Source: Lingula anatina (lineage: Eukaryota > Animalia > Brachiopoda). From it: a DNA stretch of 64,000 bases. The stretch spans positions 42,510,788 to 42,574,787 of the forward strand of contig CM120640.1 in NCBI GenBank assembly GCA_051362555.1. Reading direction: 5' to 3'. Below, in pieces: positions 27,897-40,493 of this stretch (the first letter of the stretch is position 1; each line of letters opens with the position of its first letter). The notes under the pieces were generated by a model. The model made no database searches. It was not told where the DNA came from and saw nothing but the letters and a program-made list of their open reading frames with translations. A program made the position numbers and the translations under genes.

Positions 27897-30800
27897 GTTT
27901 TTGTTCAGATGGAAACCTACTTGCCAATCTGGCTGTAGGGACCCTTCTGGTTATTCATTGTTTCATTTTATTACTATTAGAGTACTTTTGTCTGTGATCA
28001 TCTTTATTTTATGACTCTAGTGTGGATATGATGAAAGCTTAAAGATAATAAGAAAGTAGTTTTGATTGAATTGTTTTGGATTCTTGCACTACTTTCTGTC
28101 TCTGGATTGTTGCTGTTTACAGTGCTCAGTCCTTACTGAATTAAATGCCTAGAAAGTCACCAATCCTCAGATTTCGTTTGTTACAGGTATTGTTTACAAG
28201 GGCAGTGAAATGTTAACTTTATTATTATATTTGAAATATATCAAATAAGTTACTTCATTTTCCCCAGTTTGTTTTACTTTCGAAAATCTGTCAGACATCT
28301 TGTCATTAAATGGCATTGATGATTGAAGTGTACCTAATGTAGAAAACAAAATGAACAGAATGAGACGAAAAACTGAATTCTTTTACAAATGGGTCTCATT
28401 CAAAGATATTGTTTGTTATTTACCGTTACCAAACCCTGTTATTTCATTTGGATTTACTTCAAAATGAAAATGGAAATATTAAAGATCTGCCAAAACATTT
28501 CAATTTTCAAGGAAGAGTCCATAACCTTGATGAAATTATAATTCATTCTACCTCAGAAATGGGAATTTCTCATTGTAGTTCTCAGTCCCAATTGGCTGAA
28601 GCTTCCAAATTAAGTTCTAAAATGAGAATAGAAATGCTAACACAGTGAATACCTTACATGTACAATATATAAATATATATTATACTCTTATTACATGTGT
28701 ATTTATTGTGAAAACCTGTATCACATATTTGTGAATGAAAAGTCATAAATTACAAAAGCATCGTAATGGGTGCATCTGTCCAATGAACTGTATATCATTC
28801 TTTGTAACTTATGTACAAGTTTTAAAGATATATTGTATCAACTTGAAATCATTTTTAGAAAAGGAGCAACCATCAATGCATGTTGATCAAATTTGTCATT
28901 ATCAAATTTTTTTTTCTTAGAATATGAATTATTGGCATTGGGATGAAAAAGTTCATCATCTCATGTTGACTTGGAAAAGAAAAACCTAAATGTGTGGATT
29001 CCTTTTTGTGACCTAGCTACATTCCACCTAAATTTTAAAATCAACCATCAATATATGTATAAAACTTGGAATGTTTCTTTGACCATATGCATTAAAATAT
29101 TTGTACATTTTAAACTTTTGACTGCCATCAATAGCAATAAGTCTAAGTAATAAAACTAAAAGTACGGGTTACAAAGAAGAATGCTTTGACCAATAAATCC
29201 GCATTTTTTTCCATGATTTGTTGGTGAAAGACTGGGAATTGCTAGAATGTGGCAGCTCTTTGAACTATTTCAGGACTTCTGATCAAAATTAACTGAAGAG
29301 AACTATATTGTATACTATATTTTGTTGATGTTTGAAGAGTATACTTAGTGTGTTTTGTAGATTAAACATACAAAGAATTTAAAGCTTTCAACTTGCCCAC
29401 GGACTTTTGTATTAGTTGCCAAGATTCAGTTATGACAACAAGGATGCTTATTTCCTCTCTTAAGAAATGTTGATAATATCAACTTTACCAGAGGTTTGCA
29501 GGGAAATAGTTCTATTTAAGTGATACTCACTATACATTGAAGAGTGAAAATTGTGGTGCATCAATAGTAAGAGAAGACATGTTCTCATATGCACTGGTGC
29601 TTGTGTGTGCTTTATGGTATTGCTTACTCCTGCGTACAGTAAAAACTTATGAAAAATACAGTAAAAATTATTGTGAACAAGTTGAAAGTTGTAAACTTTG
29701 CACAGTGTGGCTGTGTTCTAGTCAGTCATATTTTAAGTGAGCTTTTTGTTTGGTTTTTTTTCAATGCTTATTTTTTCTTTTTGACAGTCGTAATTTAATG
29801 ACATTTTCCCCTTTCTTTATTAAATTTTTTCATCCTTAACACTCCTACAGTTGTGCTAAATTACCAGTTGTTTTTCAAGCTGTAAATATGCTTGTATTTT
29901 GGTTGTTTTTGAGTGAAAGAAAGGCAAAATCTTAAAAAATATTTTTAATTAATTTTTTAAAATTATTTTTTATTATTTATTTATTTATTGGTTTGTATTG
30001 TGATAATTTTTTTTTAAATTGGTTACAGTTGCAATTCTAACTTTGAGACTTTGTGTTAAGAAGTTGTTTATTTGGGGCCGTAAGAAAATTTTTTAAGTAA
30101 GTACAATAGATATGAAATGTATTTCATAATTGAACTGGCAAGCGATTTAGACACCTTAAATTAAGGTCTTGTTTAATATTCCATTTATTGTTATTTAGCT
30201 GTAAATGCAAAATGTTTCACTTTTTGCAAAAAAATTTGTACAAGTACTTTAATTGAAATATTCAAGATGTACTAACAAAAGTAGATAATTAAGTCAATTT
30301 GATATAATCTCTTCAAAGTCAATCATGATGAAACATTTTGGACACTGCAGTCTTTTTCAAAATGCCAGGGCATTGGTTGGCATTAGCATGGGTTTGCATT
30401 TTTTTATCGTAAATTTTCTTTTCTTGTTCAAAGCATTTGATTTAATAATTAATTCAATTCAATTAATGCCATTAAAACGAATTGCAAGGTACACATAAAT
30501 CCTGTCTATGTTCATTGCTACATAACTTGGTTTTGATAAAAAAAGGTATGCATTTTGTTTGGCAGGTCTTGAAAAAAATGTGTTAAAGAGAAGAAGATGC
30601 TCTTACACATTGGCTCAGGGTTTTGATTTTGCTAACAACTGAAATGGACTACTGTCCCCAAAATACATGTTTATCTATATTATGCACTTTGTAAGACTTT
30701 CCTAAGGAGTCAATTGGTAAACTTTTTTTACAGACATTGGACTGTATTCCAAATGCTTGCAGTCGAGTAAAGATGAGTGGATGCCTGCATGGCATGTGAT

Positions 30801-31190
30801 AGTTCCTTTGACTTTAGGTCAGAGAGGGAGAGAGCAGACTGCAGTTCTTTATTGAACGTGTGTAACTTTGTCTTTTTTGAGGAACTTCCTCCCTAAAGAC
30901 CAGTATATTGTTATTTGCTGCATGAAAATAAATGGGCATCAACTCCTTTAGAGTTGTGTAAATTGAAAGTAGTTCAATACACCTACTGTTATTATCATTA
31001 TACCATTACATTTTTATGTGTGATACGAGTGTAAGGCATACACACTTAGACGTTTTCAGGTTTTTAGAGCATATATATATAAATTAATTACATTTTTAAA
31101 AAGACCAAAAATATGTCAAATTGTACATAGTAGCTAAGCACTATAAGTGGTAAAGGGAAAGCCATTTCCTGTGTTGTTTTATATGTGTAA

Positions 31191-31196
31191 AATAAA
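31191..31196 (+). terminator. Candidate polyadenylation signal of FAM53 (would give a ~3.3-kb 3' UTR)
   Basis: AATAAA followed ~25 nt later by a GT/T-rich stretch (tgtgttttttagttgtctttt). Other AATAAA hexamers exist upstream, e.g. ~30927. Confidence 0.35.
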
Positions 31197-31507
31197 GTTT
31201 AGCGTTTTGCCAGTAAAAAATGTGTTTTTAGTTGTCTTTTAATTTGTAAAAATTATTTTACTTATTAACATTTCCTTTAAAAGTAAGCCAAAAATAGGCA
31301 ATAGGCAACCTTGAAAACCGGTGGTGTGGTCTGATATACCAGTGAATTCTTGATCATTCGGTGCCCAGTCTGGTAGTTGGGTAGGCCTGAGAAAAATGAA
31401 GGATATGATGCCAGTATAGGAATTGCAAAATCCCACAAAAGGGGGAATCCGTTGTTGTAGAATGCCGAGACATAATGCAGTGAAACATGGTACCTAGTAT
31501 TATTACA

Positions 31508-31600
31508 AATACTGGATGACATAAAGACTGTCCTATGCAAATACTGGATGACATAAAGACTGTCCTATGCAAATACTGGATGACAAAGACCGACCTATGA
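31508..31600. repeat. 32-bp minisatellite, ~3 copies
   Basis: aatactggatgacataaagactgtcctatgca twice exactly, plus a third diverged copy. Confidence 0.9.
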
Positions 31601-34040
31601 AGAGGAAAATGCATTGACTGTCAAATTCTGAAGTAATTGGAAAATACCTCTGTAAAATGTAATTGTTAAACCAAGACAAATAAAAACAAACATCTCCATT
31701 ATCACATGCACCTTTGGTCCACCTAAAATGAAGAATAACTGATTCAAAATAATTCCCTAGAGTATCTTTCTTGATGGCGTGCACGAGGTATGGTTGTAGC
31801 GAGAAAAATGGCAAAGACTGTAGTTACTGTAGTGCTCTTGTACAGCAATGGTCTTTCCTTCAATGACTGTAGCCTGGGTTTCTGTTGAAAAATGACCCAG
31901 ACAGCTGTCAACTGAGAAATGCCATCTGGTTAAGATGCTAATTAATGCTGTGCATGGCAGATTTGTGATAATCTATAACATTTATCAAATTATCACGTTA
32001 ACAAGTATTCCAGAGTATCAACACCATGATGGGAATGGTTGCGTTTTCAGGCAAGAAGATCGGACATATACAGTAAAAAAAATTGATTATAAAACTCAAC
32101 TTTGCAGAAAGTTATAGCAATTAAAGATTCTGTGTAAGCTCATTTATTTACAACACAGAGAATACATACTACATGATTTTCAGTTTTTGAACAATACACA
32201 ATAGTTACAGTAATAATTATATTACCTGTGTATTTTGTGTGAATGAGAAGGATACCCATTAACTGCACCTTATCATCCACATTTATGACTGAGAATGTAC
32301 AAGTCTATGTATTTCATCAAACCTGCTCTAAATGGATTTTTACGGTATTTTTAACCTTTCTTAGTTGAAGAAAACATAATTCTAATTTGAAGATTAGTTA
32401 TAGAGACAGTACATGAGGTTTTGGCACAAAAAAATTAAAATTCACAATACCTAGAGACCATAACCCTGCCAGATTCCAATCTTACAACTACCCAAAGATG
32501 AATGCCCAGTAAACAGTTGCATGTGTAAAAAAATAGCCTTTGATCAAGTATGCTTTATCATTTGATAAAAAGTATGTAATGTTCCTCTGAAACCTAAGCA
32601 TGGATAATATCTGTAGAAAACAAAGCTTAAAAACAAAAAACCTCACATACTGTCCCTTAAAAAATCTTTTATTATAAAAACACTAATCTAACTTCACTAT
32701 GGATGAGGGTTTTGCTGACCAGTAGAAATTTCCTGCCCTGGCAATGCTAGTACCTGAATTCTATGTCCTACATAGGGAAATACTTGGAAGTGTTTTTCTT
32801 GGAATGAATCAAGCAGGTTTAGACTAAAAACTAAAAAAGGATGGGAATCCAGGAAGAAAGGCATGTTATACATGTAACCTTGACAAAGCATGCAATGGAG
32901 ACATTTTTCAAAATTTAACAACAAAGGATGCAATCTGATTTGCTTTGTGCATAAACAAGAATTTGGATGTGTGACACTATCAGCGATGAATGCCATCATT
33001 TCATGGATCAGATAACTGTTAAAAAATACATAGTACCAGGTTGCACTTTAAATTATTTAGGAACTGGTATAGTTACAATGTAAAACATGCAGCCATGAGC
33101 ACCTTTATAATATTTGCTACAATTCACAAAAATAAAATGACCAATGTTTTTTTTTTTCATCAGCACATTTTCATATCATATTAATGCAGCAGCTTCATAT
33201 TGTTTTCAACTGCTTACATTTGGATTCGTCAAAACAAAATGTGCCATGATATATGTAAGTCTGACATTTAATACTTATCACCTAAACACAATATATGGCA
33301 ATCTATAATTTACCTTGACTGGTATTAATCTCTTATCCAATCTTAAATAATTTCCATGACCTGTTTAAATCCGTCACTGTGACAACAGCTGATACAGCTG
33401 TTCATTTCATCACAATGACCTACGTCTCATAAGCACAACTTATCAACAGCAGTCTCTCATGCACGTAAATTTAATGGTTCAGATTCTCGTTTTTTTACCA
33501 TCCTTAATTATTCTCTACAGCAAATAATCCCTTGCAAATATATGCCTTCATTTAAGGTCAGTGGGACACATAGAGAAATGTATTGCTACAAGCCTCTTTT
33601 ACCAACAAGATCCTTTGTATCTCAGCCTTGCTAAAGTGGTTGTTGCAGTAGTCATACAGGGTATTCATATCGCTTAACTTGCCTTAAATGTTCCACTGTT
33701 TGGTGTGCATTCCCCACAGCACGTTTGGTGAATGTTTACCTATGTCCACAAATATTAAAATGTCATATTTCTCAATTCTTAAAAAGACATTTGCAGAACA
33801 TTACAGAATATGAAATACAGTGAATTTCATATTTTACTCAGGAAAATAGTTTCTGTGACTTACAATGCATACACAACATATGCATTTTGCAATGTATGTA
33901 ATGGTCATATTAGTTTGTAATCTGATGTGCACATTTTGCCATGTTAAACACTCAAATGGTCCATCTTCTAAATGTATTTATATCTAGGTTACTTTCTTCA
34001 TCTGGTAAATTTGATTTCCTTTTCAATCAGTCAGCCTCTA

Positions 34041-34076
34041 TTATAATATCACACAGCAGGAATTGGTCTTCTTTGC
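34041..34076 (-). CDS. YKT6: YKT6 last coding exon (AKKTNSCCVIL*)
   Basis: Acceptor ttttttaag; C-terminal CCaaX prenylation motif; stop TAA followed by TAG. Confidence 0.93.
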   Translation of the reverse strand, partial: AKKTNSCCVIL

Positions 34077-34310
34077 CTTAAAAAAGATGTGATCCATGAT
34101 AATTACTCAAAAATGACTGGGCAACTCAAAGTTTTTTAACTAGTACCTAAATGAAACCACATCATATAAAAAGTCAACAAATAATGAAGTTGACAAAGTA
34201 AACAGAACAATAACTGTTTGAACAAAACACAACTCATCGTAGACCTTTAGTATACTTATTAGTTATATTAAAATAAGTGAACTATGATATACATGTGACA
34301 GCCTTAGGAA

Positions 34311-34319
<9 letters not shown>

Positions 34320-34372
<53 letters not shown>
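34320..34372. repeat. (TA)n microsatellite
   Basis: Directly visible. Confidence 0.95.
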
Positions 34373-34378
<6 letters not shown>

Positions 34379-34579
34379 TTTTGGGGGGGGAGGGGGGGCA
34401 TTAGACTATTTCAATGTCTACAAATTCATAGAGACAAAAAAAATCAGCTGTCTTTTTCCATCCTTTTTCACCAACATAAAGACTAAACTAGAGAAAGGAA
34501 TTTCAAGTTTAATGGCATATATTAATGTGTCCATAATGGAAAACAACATGCCATGTTTTGTAACAAGTGTGCTACTCAC

Positions 34580-34681
34580 TGTTTTATAAAAAGCCTTAGA
34601 TTGCGTGCTGAGTCCCTCTGATTTATCAACAAGGTCATCTAATTTCTCTCCCCTCTGTAGTACAGCTTCTATTGTATTATG
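34580..34681 (-). CDS. YKT6: YKT6 coding exon 5 (R-SNARE motif)
   Basis: [34 protein letters not shown]; ag/gt boundaries, phase 0/0. Confidence 0.96.
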
Positions 34682-34924
34682 CTGAAGTCAGAACGAGCAA
34701 CTTGTATGATCATATAACTTATATAATCACAAATGTAACTCACAACATATGTAAACAAATATGTAACAAAAAACATTATATAATCAGGCAATTTTGATTG
34801 AAAACAGCACATTACTATTACCTAAAGATTTTTGAATGAATTATTTACTTGATGTATCAGTCTGCTATTAAGTAACACATATTGGTTAATTGTAAATACT
34901 AAAGTACATTAATAAATTAGTGAA

Positions 34925-35155
34925 GGGGTCAACAATTTTTATCTTCATTTTCGCACGTCTGCAAACCATACACTCAGTGGGAGGGGGTGAATGCCCTCTG
35001 CATGCTTTTGAAAAATAATCAAAACCAGGGGTGTGAAGGCAAAGGTCTCCATTTTAAGCTTCTGCCTTGTGTTCTCAGAACAAAGGAGGGGAAGGGGGGG
35101 GGGAGAGTCTTTGCAGACTTGAAAATTGAAAATGATGATAAAAATGGATGACCCC
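34925..35155. mobile_element. ~230-bp MITE in a YKT6 intron (Tourist/Harbinger-like)
   Basis: Left ggggtcaacaatttttatcttcattttcgcacgtctgcaaa is an imperfect ~40-45 bp inverted repeat of right tttgcagacttgaaaattgaaaatgatgataaaaatggatgacccc; flanks gaa/taa resemble a 3-bp TAA target. Confidence 0.7.
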
Positions 35156-35182
35156 TAAGTATTAACATAAATAATCACTTAC

Positions 35183-35294
35183 AAGAATGATCTTGGTTTC
35201 ATCTATGTCTGCTTGTAGTCTGGTCATGGCATCAGCCTCCTTGGGATTCTGGTATTTGACTAAATAATCATCCGCATTTGAAAACTGAACAGTG
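35183..35294 (-). CDS. YKT6: YKT6 coding exon 4
   Basis: TVQFSNADDYLVKYQNPKEADAMTRLQADIDETKIIL; phase 2/0 junctions fit. Confidence 0.95.
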
Positions 35295-35757
35295 CTGAAA
35301 TACACAGAACACATGAATCAAAACTCAGCATCCATATCACTTGCTGTCACTAATAGAAGCTGCAAGAAACAACTTAATTACCTTATCACTATTCACTAAT
35401 CTTTATCCTGCAGACAAATTTTCTGCCTGGATTATTCTGAATTGCTTACTTTCTCAGGTGACTTGATGGAAAGCATTTTGTACACAAAATCTGAAGAATT
35501 TATCTAGACAATGAAAGGGAGTAGCTGTCAACTGCTGATGAAGATAATTAATTACTAAATTATATTATTAACAAGCAGTTTATACTTGAGCTCTGTCACA
35601 GTTGCGGAACAATATTTCTAAGAATAAAACCCTTAACTGCTTTTTGCATAAACTAAAATAATAAAGTTGCACAATAAACAATAAATACTTGATAGCTAAA
35701 TCTTAACTTGATGACTTGGCTAATTTACTGTTGAGCGAAATGTTTTATTGATCTTAC

Positions 35758-35917
35758 TTTTCTTCAACGGTACCCCATTCAATCTTGGGGAATTTTTCTG
35801 AGAATTCATCCAGCACTTTATTAAGCAACGTAAAGGCAACTCTCACTGGATATTCATGATCAGCAATAAGCACACCTGCTAAACCATCAGCACGCACATA
35901 GACATGCACCATGTATT
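35758..35917 (-). CDS. YKT6: YKT6 coding exon 3 (longin domain)
   Basis: EYMVHVYVRADGLAGVLIADHEYPVRVAFTLLNKVLDEFSEKFPKIEW; phase 1/2. Confidence 0.95.
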
Positions 35918-36193
35918 CTAAAACAAAACATATAATTACACATATAATTATACATCTTCAATGACAGAACTTAAGACCATTCAATTTTATCTATCAACAA
36001 GAAAACAGATGTTTACTGTAGTATGTCTGATAATGTGATTTAGGTCTCTTTTTAAGTGCTGACATACATGATACTAGAAACTATAACCAAGTTCATTTTC
36101 CTTTTACAGAACACTGCAGATATATCTACTGCCTAGTATTGATCATCTTGTCAATAAAATATTTATGAAATGAGGTTTTACTTCTCAACTCAC

Positions 36194-36276
36194 CTTGTTC
36201 TTTTACTGAAGCCCTGCTACATAAAGATGTCCTCTCTGTTACTATACGACTTGTGAAATCCATAAATTCTCTAACA
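36194..36276 (-). CDS. YKT6: YKT6 coding exon 2
   Basis: VREFMDFTSRIVTERTSLCSRASVKEQ; phase 2/1. Confidence 0.95.
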
Positions 36277-37165
36277 CTGAAAAGACAATACATTGATATT
36301 GAAGTTAAAAATGTCAATTATCAATGAACATGATAACCTTGTGAGATTTCAACATCACTTTTACTTTAACTAGGCTACCCAATCTGCGCTCCTTGCAAAA
36401 CAAATGATAAATTTCACAGTGATTCATATTATTTTTATTTGAAGCAAGAGAAAGAAACATGTAATTATATAAATTATCAGTACCAATTTCTTACATAACA
36501 CAAATAAAATCCAAACGTCCCACAAAATTATCTCTCATGCAGCAGAAAAAAAGACTTTAAAAGTATATCTTCTTCAAAGTTCTGGTTGTAAATTTCACCT
36601 ACTTATTTTCCTTCCAGTCTTGAACCACGTTAAGCAGATAATATCTGATGATATCTGTGTGCAAATTTCATAAAATAATGTAGCAAAACCCCGTGGTATT
36701 TCTCTAACTTATATTATTTAAAACTATACGGTGGCACTTGGTTGGGATTAGCCAAAATAATTTGGCATAAGTGTTTGCTTAATATGCATCAATGTAAAAT
36801 ATGCATTGAGACTGACAAAAATATTATTTAAACATTTATCAGTACCTGCTGTGAAAAACACTCACAAACATGAACATTCAAGTCCAGGAACAGAAACTGA
36901 AAGTGTCTTTTCAAAGTGAAATTGTTCTGTGTGTGTACAGTATTAAAACTAAAAAGTCCAAACTGACAATGAAAATTAAGAAACATACGTCGAAATTATA
37001 TTCAATTTTTCCCCATCGGTGTTTTGCACCAATCAACTGCCAACATTATATATATTCAACCTATGTATAAAATAATTTGTTGGAAGACTTTATTACAGTT
37101 ACCATTTTCCAAAATTCCTAGTACTTTCTCCCTTCTTTTCTATCATATCCTGGAATTTATCTTAC

Positions 37166-37269
37166 CTTCCTCTCTGAAAATATCCAAAGGACTGGAGGTC
37201 ATGTGCAGCCTTCAGTGATCGCACTTTGTGCTCTGTCTTATACAATACTGTTAGGGAATATAGCTTCAT
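37166..37269 (-). CDS. YKT6: Synaptobrevin homolog YKT6, coding exon 1 (six exons total 597 nt = 198 aa)
   Basis: MKLYSLTVLYKTEHKVRSLKAAHDLQSFGYFQRGS is the canonical YKT6 N-terminus; donor gtaaga; the exon's acceptor is at 37323-37324. Confidence 0.96.
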
Positions 37270-37599
37270 TTTGTGGGTTGTATATGTACAAGATTACCAA
37301 CTATTTACACACCTTCTACAAGCTGAAATATAAAAGAAAATATATTTTGTCAATGTGAATACAAATTATGTTTTATATCCAGAGGATACAAATCAAGTTC
37401 AAATCCTTGCTGAATGAAAGTCAGTTTATAGATAAATATCTGCAGCTTATCACATGATGATCGCATAGTGATGGTCATGATATTGTACACAATGACTCAA
37501 ATACTGGCTATTTAGTATTTGGTATTGAATGATCACATAACAACCACAAATAACACAGTGTAGGCATTACAGAATTAGCTTTCTCACAGTAACTAAAAA

Positions 37600-38290
37600 T
37601 GGCAATTTTTTGTCGACCTGGATTGTTTGAAAGATAAATACAACTAATAACCACTCTTCTACGGTTCTCAAAGCGTATGCTTCTTTGCTATACTTCTTAC
37701 GTTATCAACTCATTTTGTACCTCTTCCTGCGTGGAACTTTTTACGTGTCAATTGGATAGAATTATGCTGAACAATAATGTACCATATTTAACAAAACGAA
37801 CCATCAAATCCCCAACGTTAGACAGTCTATGGTTTGAGTAGGTTCAATTCATGAGTTACCGAGAAACACCATAAAATGATGAAACTTACCCTCTTTTACA
37901 CAATGACTTGGTGACAAACATCCAATAAGTTTGATGCTCTCAAGATTGTTAACATCGGAACTATCAAAATTTTTTTCCGTGACTAAAGAGTGACATCACC
38001 GAGCCTCGATATCGAAAAGTAAAGCTGCTCCCAAATTTAAACAGCATTTTTGTATATATATTTTGGAAGCTCTGTCAGTAAAATGGAGTACTGGTACTTA
38101 TCAGTACATCTAAAATACATTAATCAATAAACATTTTAATAATGAAATATTTTATTCAAAGAACTATTAATACTGAAAACAAGTTTATCGCCGAAACCAT
38201 ATGAACACTCACAGCCACACGAACACATTGTTGACATTTTGCAGGGTGGGAAATTACGGATCGAGACTGAAGGGGATACGGTTTGTGCTG
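37600..38290. promoter_or_regulatory. CpG-enriched putative bidirectional promoter (YKT6 / sarcoglycan)
   Basis: Local cluster of CpG dinucleotides in otherwise CpG-poor DNA, between two divergent start codons (37269 on -, 38776 on +). Confidence 0.6.
37890..37990 (-). other. Probable non-coding first exon (5' UTR) of YKT6
   Basis: Consensus minus-strand donor GG|gtaagt (acttacc, 37884-37890) inside the CpG-rich zone; the 5' boundary is a guess. Confidence 0.5.
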
Positions 38291-38775
38291 TTAAGGTGCT
38301 TTTTCTTTCCTTTTCTGCTTCCTTTCCTCATTGCTCCTATTGATGCAAATACAAATTATATCCATATTTAAAAATTTGAGAAATACAAGTGGTCCTGTAC
38401 ATGCTTTTTTTCACTGTAATAAACAGTGTAATTGACAATTGGTGTGAGTTAAATATATGTTAATTGTTAGTACAATCCTTGTCCATTTTAGAATTATTCA
38501 GTTTCTTGCCTCATTTTCCATTTGTGGGCGGTCGAAGGTACCATAACAGCATGCATATCAAACTAAATAACTTTGCTTGAGGTCAAGTATTAATTTTCAT
38601 AAATATATTATTATCTGATTATAAATTATTCTGCTTGTTTTTAGTGACCTGTACAAAGGGTCACTCTGCTTAGATTTATTGGGGTAAATTAGTTATGCAG
38701 ACTTCAAGTCTTAGTTATTGAATCTTTTCAATTCTAGGCTGCTGGAGTACAGAGTGAAGTCGGTTGCTGGTCAAG

Positions 38776-38803
38776 ATGATGAGGGAAGTGTATTCCACAT
38801 TGT
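38776..38803 (+). CDS. SGCE: Alpha/epsilon-sarcoglycan homolog, coding exon 1 (model join 38776-38803,39469-39564,39837-39982,40421-40493,42915-43125,43907-44075; 241 aa, 3' incomplete)
   Basis: aagATGATG after acceptor ttctag (38737); donor gtaagc; joined to the next exon it gives the signal-peptide-like MMREVYSTLFLVLCIYHVEG. Confidence 0.65.
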
Positions 38804-39468
38804 GTAAGCTGTATACCTGTATATATATAGTTATTCTAGTGCAAATAGAATAGAAATCTACCACAATATTCTGATAAAGCAAAGCTGTCAGCCCTGTGTG
38901 ACATATAATACAAGACTAGAAAATGTGCTAAAATTCACAGGGGGTGGGGTTAACTTTTTTTATGATATCAGTGAAATTCTATATGTACTGGGAATGTCAT
39001 CTAAGAAAACAATGCAAAAGTGACACTCAAAGCATGGCGGAATTGTATTTTTGTTCAATAGACTGTAATTTGCCAGACCAACTACTAAAAAACACCCATA
39101 GATGAATTATGTCAGCTTTTATTTGTTGGTGAACCCCACTCATTAGTCTGTCAATATTTAAGGTCACTCTCCAAATCACTCGAAATGTTGCATGATTTTA
39201 TGCTAAGTTGCAAGACGTTTGGCTGTCTTGGATGATTTTCATTAAGGTGCACATCTCTTCTAAATTTAACAACTATTCTCTTAGTTTACCTCAGATAGCT
39301 GTTACTTTTGTGTTACCCTGAACCTATTGTATTATTATTTATTTACAAAAAGAAGACAGCAAATAGCTATGTAGTTGAATAACTATACACAGTTTGTGTG
39401 TTCCTCAGATATACCAATGCTTTGGTAATGATAACTTAATGTGATCATCATCTTTTATTGTTTTTCAG

Positions 39469-39564
39469 TCTTAGTGTTATGTATTTATCATGTGGAAGGT
39501 GAAAGTGCAGTTCTTGGACAACACTTTTTGCACATAATAAAGCGTCAAGAATTTTTCAGTCAGG
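39469..39564 (+). CDS. SGCE: Alpha/epsilon-sarcoglycan homolog, coding exon 2
   Basis: FLVLCIYHVEGESAVLGQHFLHIIKRQEFFSQ resembles the G..F.H.L.RE.F segment of SGCA/SGCE; strong acceptor and gtaagt donor; phase 1/1. Confidence 0.78.
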
Positions 39565-39836
39565 GTAAGTAAATATTAAAGTGTCTGCTATAGGTTTCTA
39601 TAATGTGTAAGTTGATGTTAATAATTTTTGCTGACAAAAAAAGGTTTTCATACATTAAAACGGGTTTGTACTGATAGTAAAATTAAGTTTATATCCCTAG
39701 ATTTAAAGAATATAACATATTGGTTCAGTAGATCAAATTATTATAGCAGAAAATAAACACATGCAATAGCAGAAGATTTGTTAAGCATGTTATGAAGTGA
39801 GATTTAGCAAAACTTAAATGCTATCATTACATGTAG

Positions 39837-39982
39837 GAAATACAGCTGCAATAGAGTTTCAAGCCAAAAGCAAGTCTTATCCAGACCTCCCATCTTGGCT
39901 CACTCTAAAACAGCGCACGGAGTTACAAGATGCTTACTTGTTTGGTACACCAAGGGCAGAGGCAGTCAGCACTGACATACAG
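39837..39982 (+). CDS. SGCE: Alpha/epsilon-sarcoglycan homolog, coding exon 3 (cadherin-like CADG domain)
   Basis: IEFQAKSKSYPDLPSWLTLKQRTELQDAYLFGTP matches the PDLP.WL...Q......LYG.P signature. Confidence 0.88.
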
Positions 39983-40420
39983 GTATGGTGTATGTGGTAC
40001 AGTTTAAAATTATGGACATAATTGAATTTGTTATTTACCATTTATTTACTTAGTGTTTGTTTTCTGTTGCAGGTTGCTGAGAGTTTTTAAATTGGACTCT
40101 TGAATTTTAGTATTATATTAACTTTCAGTGTCTCTTATTGCCTTGTAATCATATTCAGTTGCTTTTTCCCTCAATAGTGATCTAATCAGTTTTTTTTAAA
40201 TAAATCAAGAGTTTCTACTCTTAGTATTCATACTGATGTTAAAGCATTGTCGTAGAATATATTTAGAACTTAGAACCATATCATCTTAAATCACCTTGCT
40301 AAACTCCTTTTTTTTCTCAGCTAATTTTACAGTTTCACCAATACATAATGATAGTAATGTTTCACTGCAATATTTCCTTTATGTTGAATTATTACTGATG
40401 TGGGTAATGATGTGTTACAG

Positions 40421-40493
40421 ATCATTGCTTTAAACAAAGGGACATATCAGACAGAGCAAGATGCTTTTTCTATAACTGTAGATACCACAAAAG
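40421..40493 (+). CDS. SGCE: Alpha/epsilon-sarcoglycan homolog, coding exon 4
   Basis: IIALNKGTYQTEQDAFSITV matches the I.A.N..TFET motif; phase 0/1. Confidence 0.85.
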
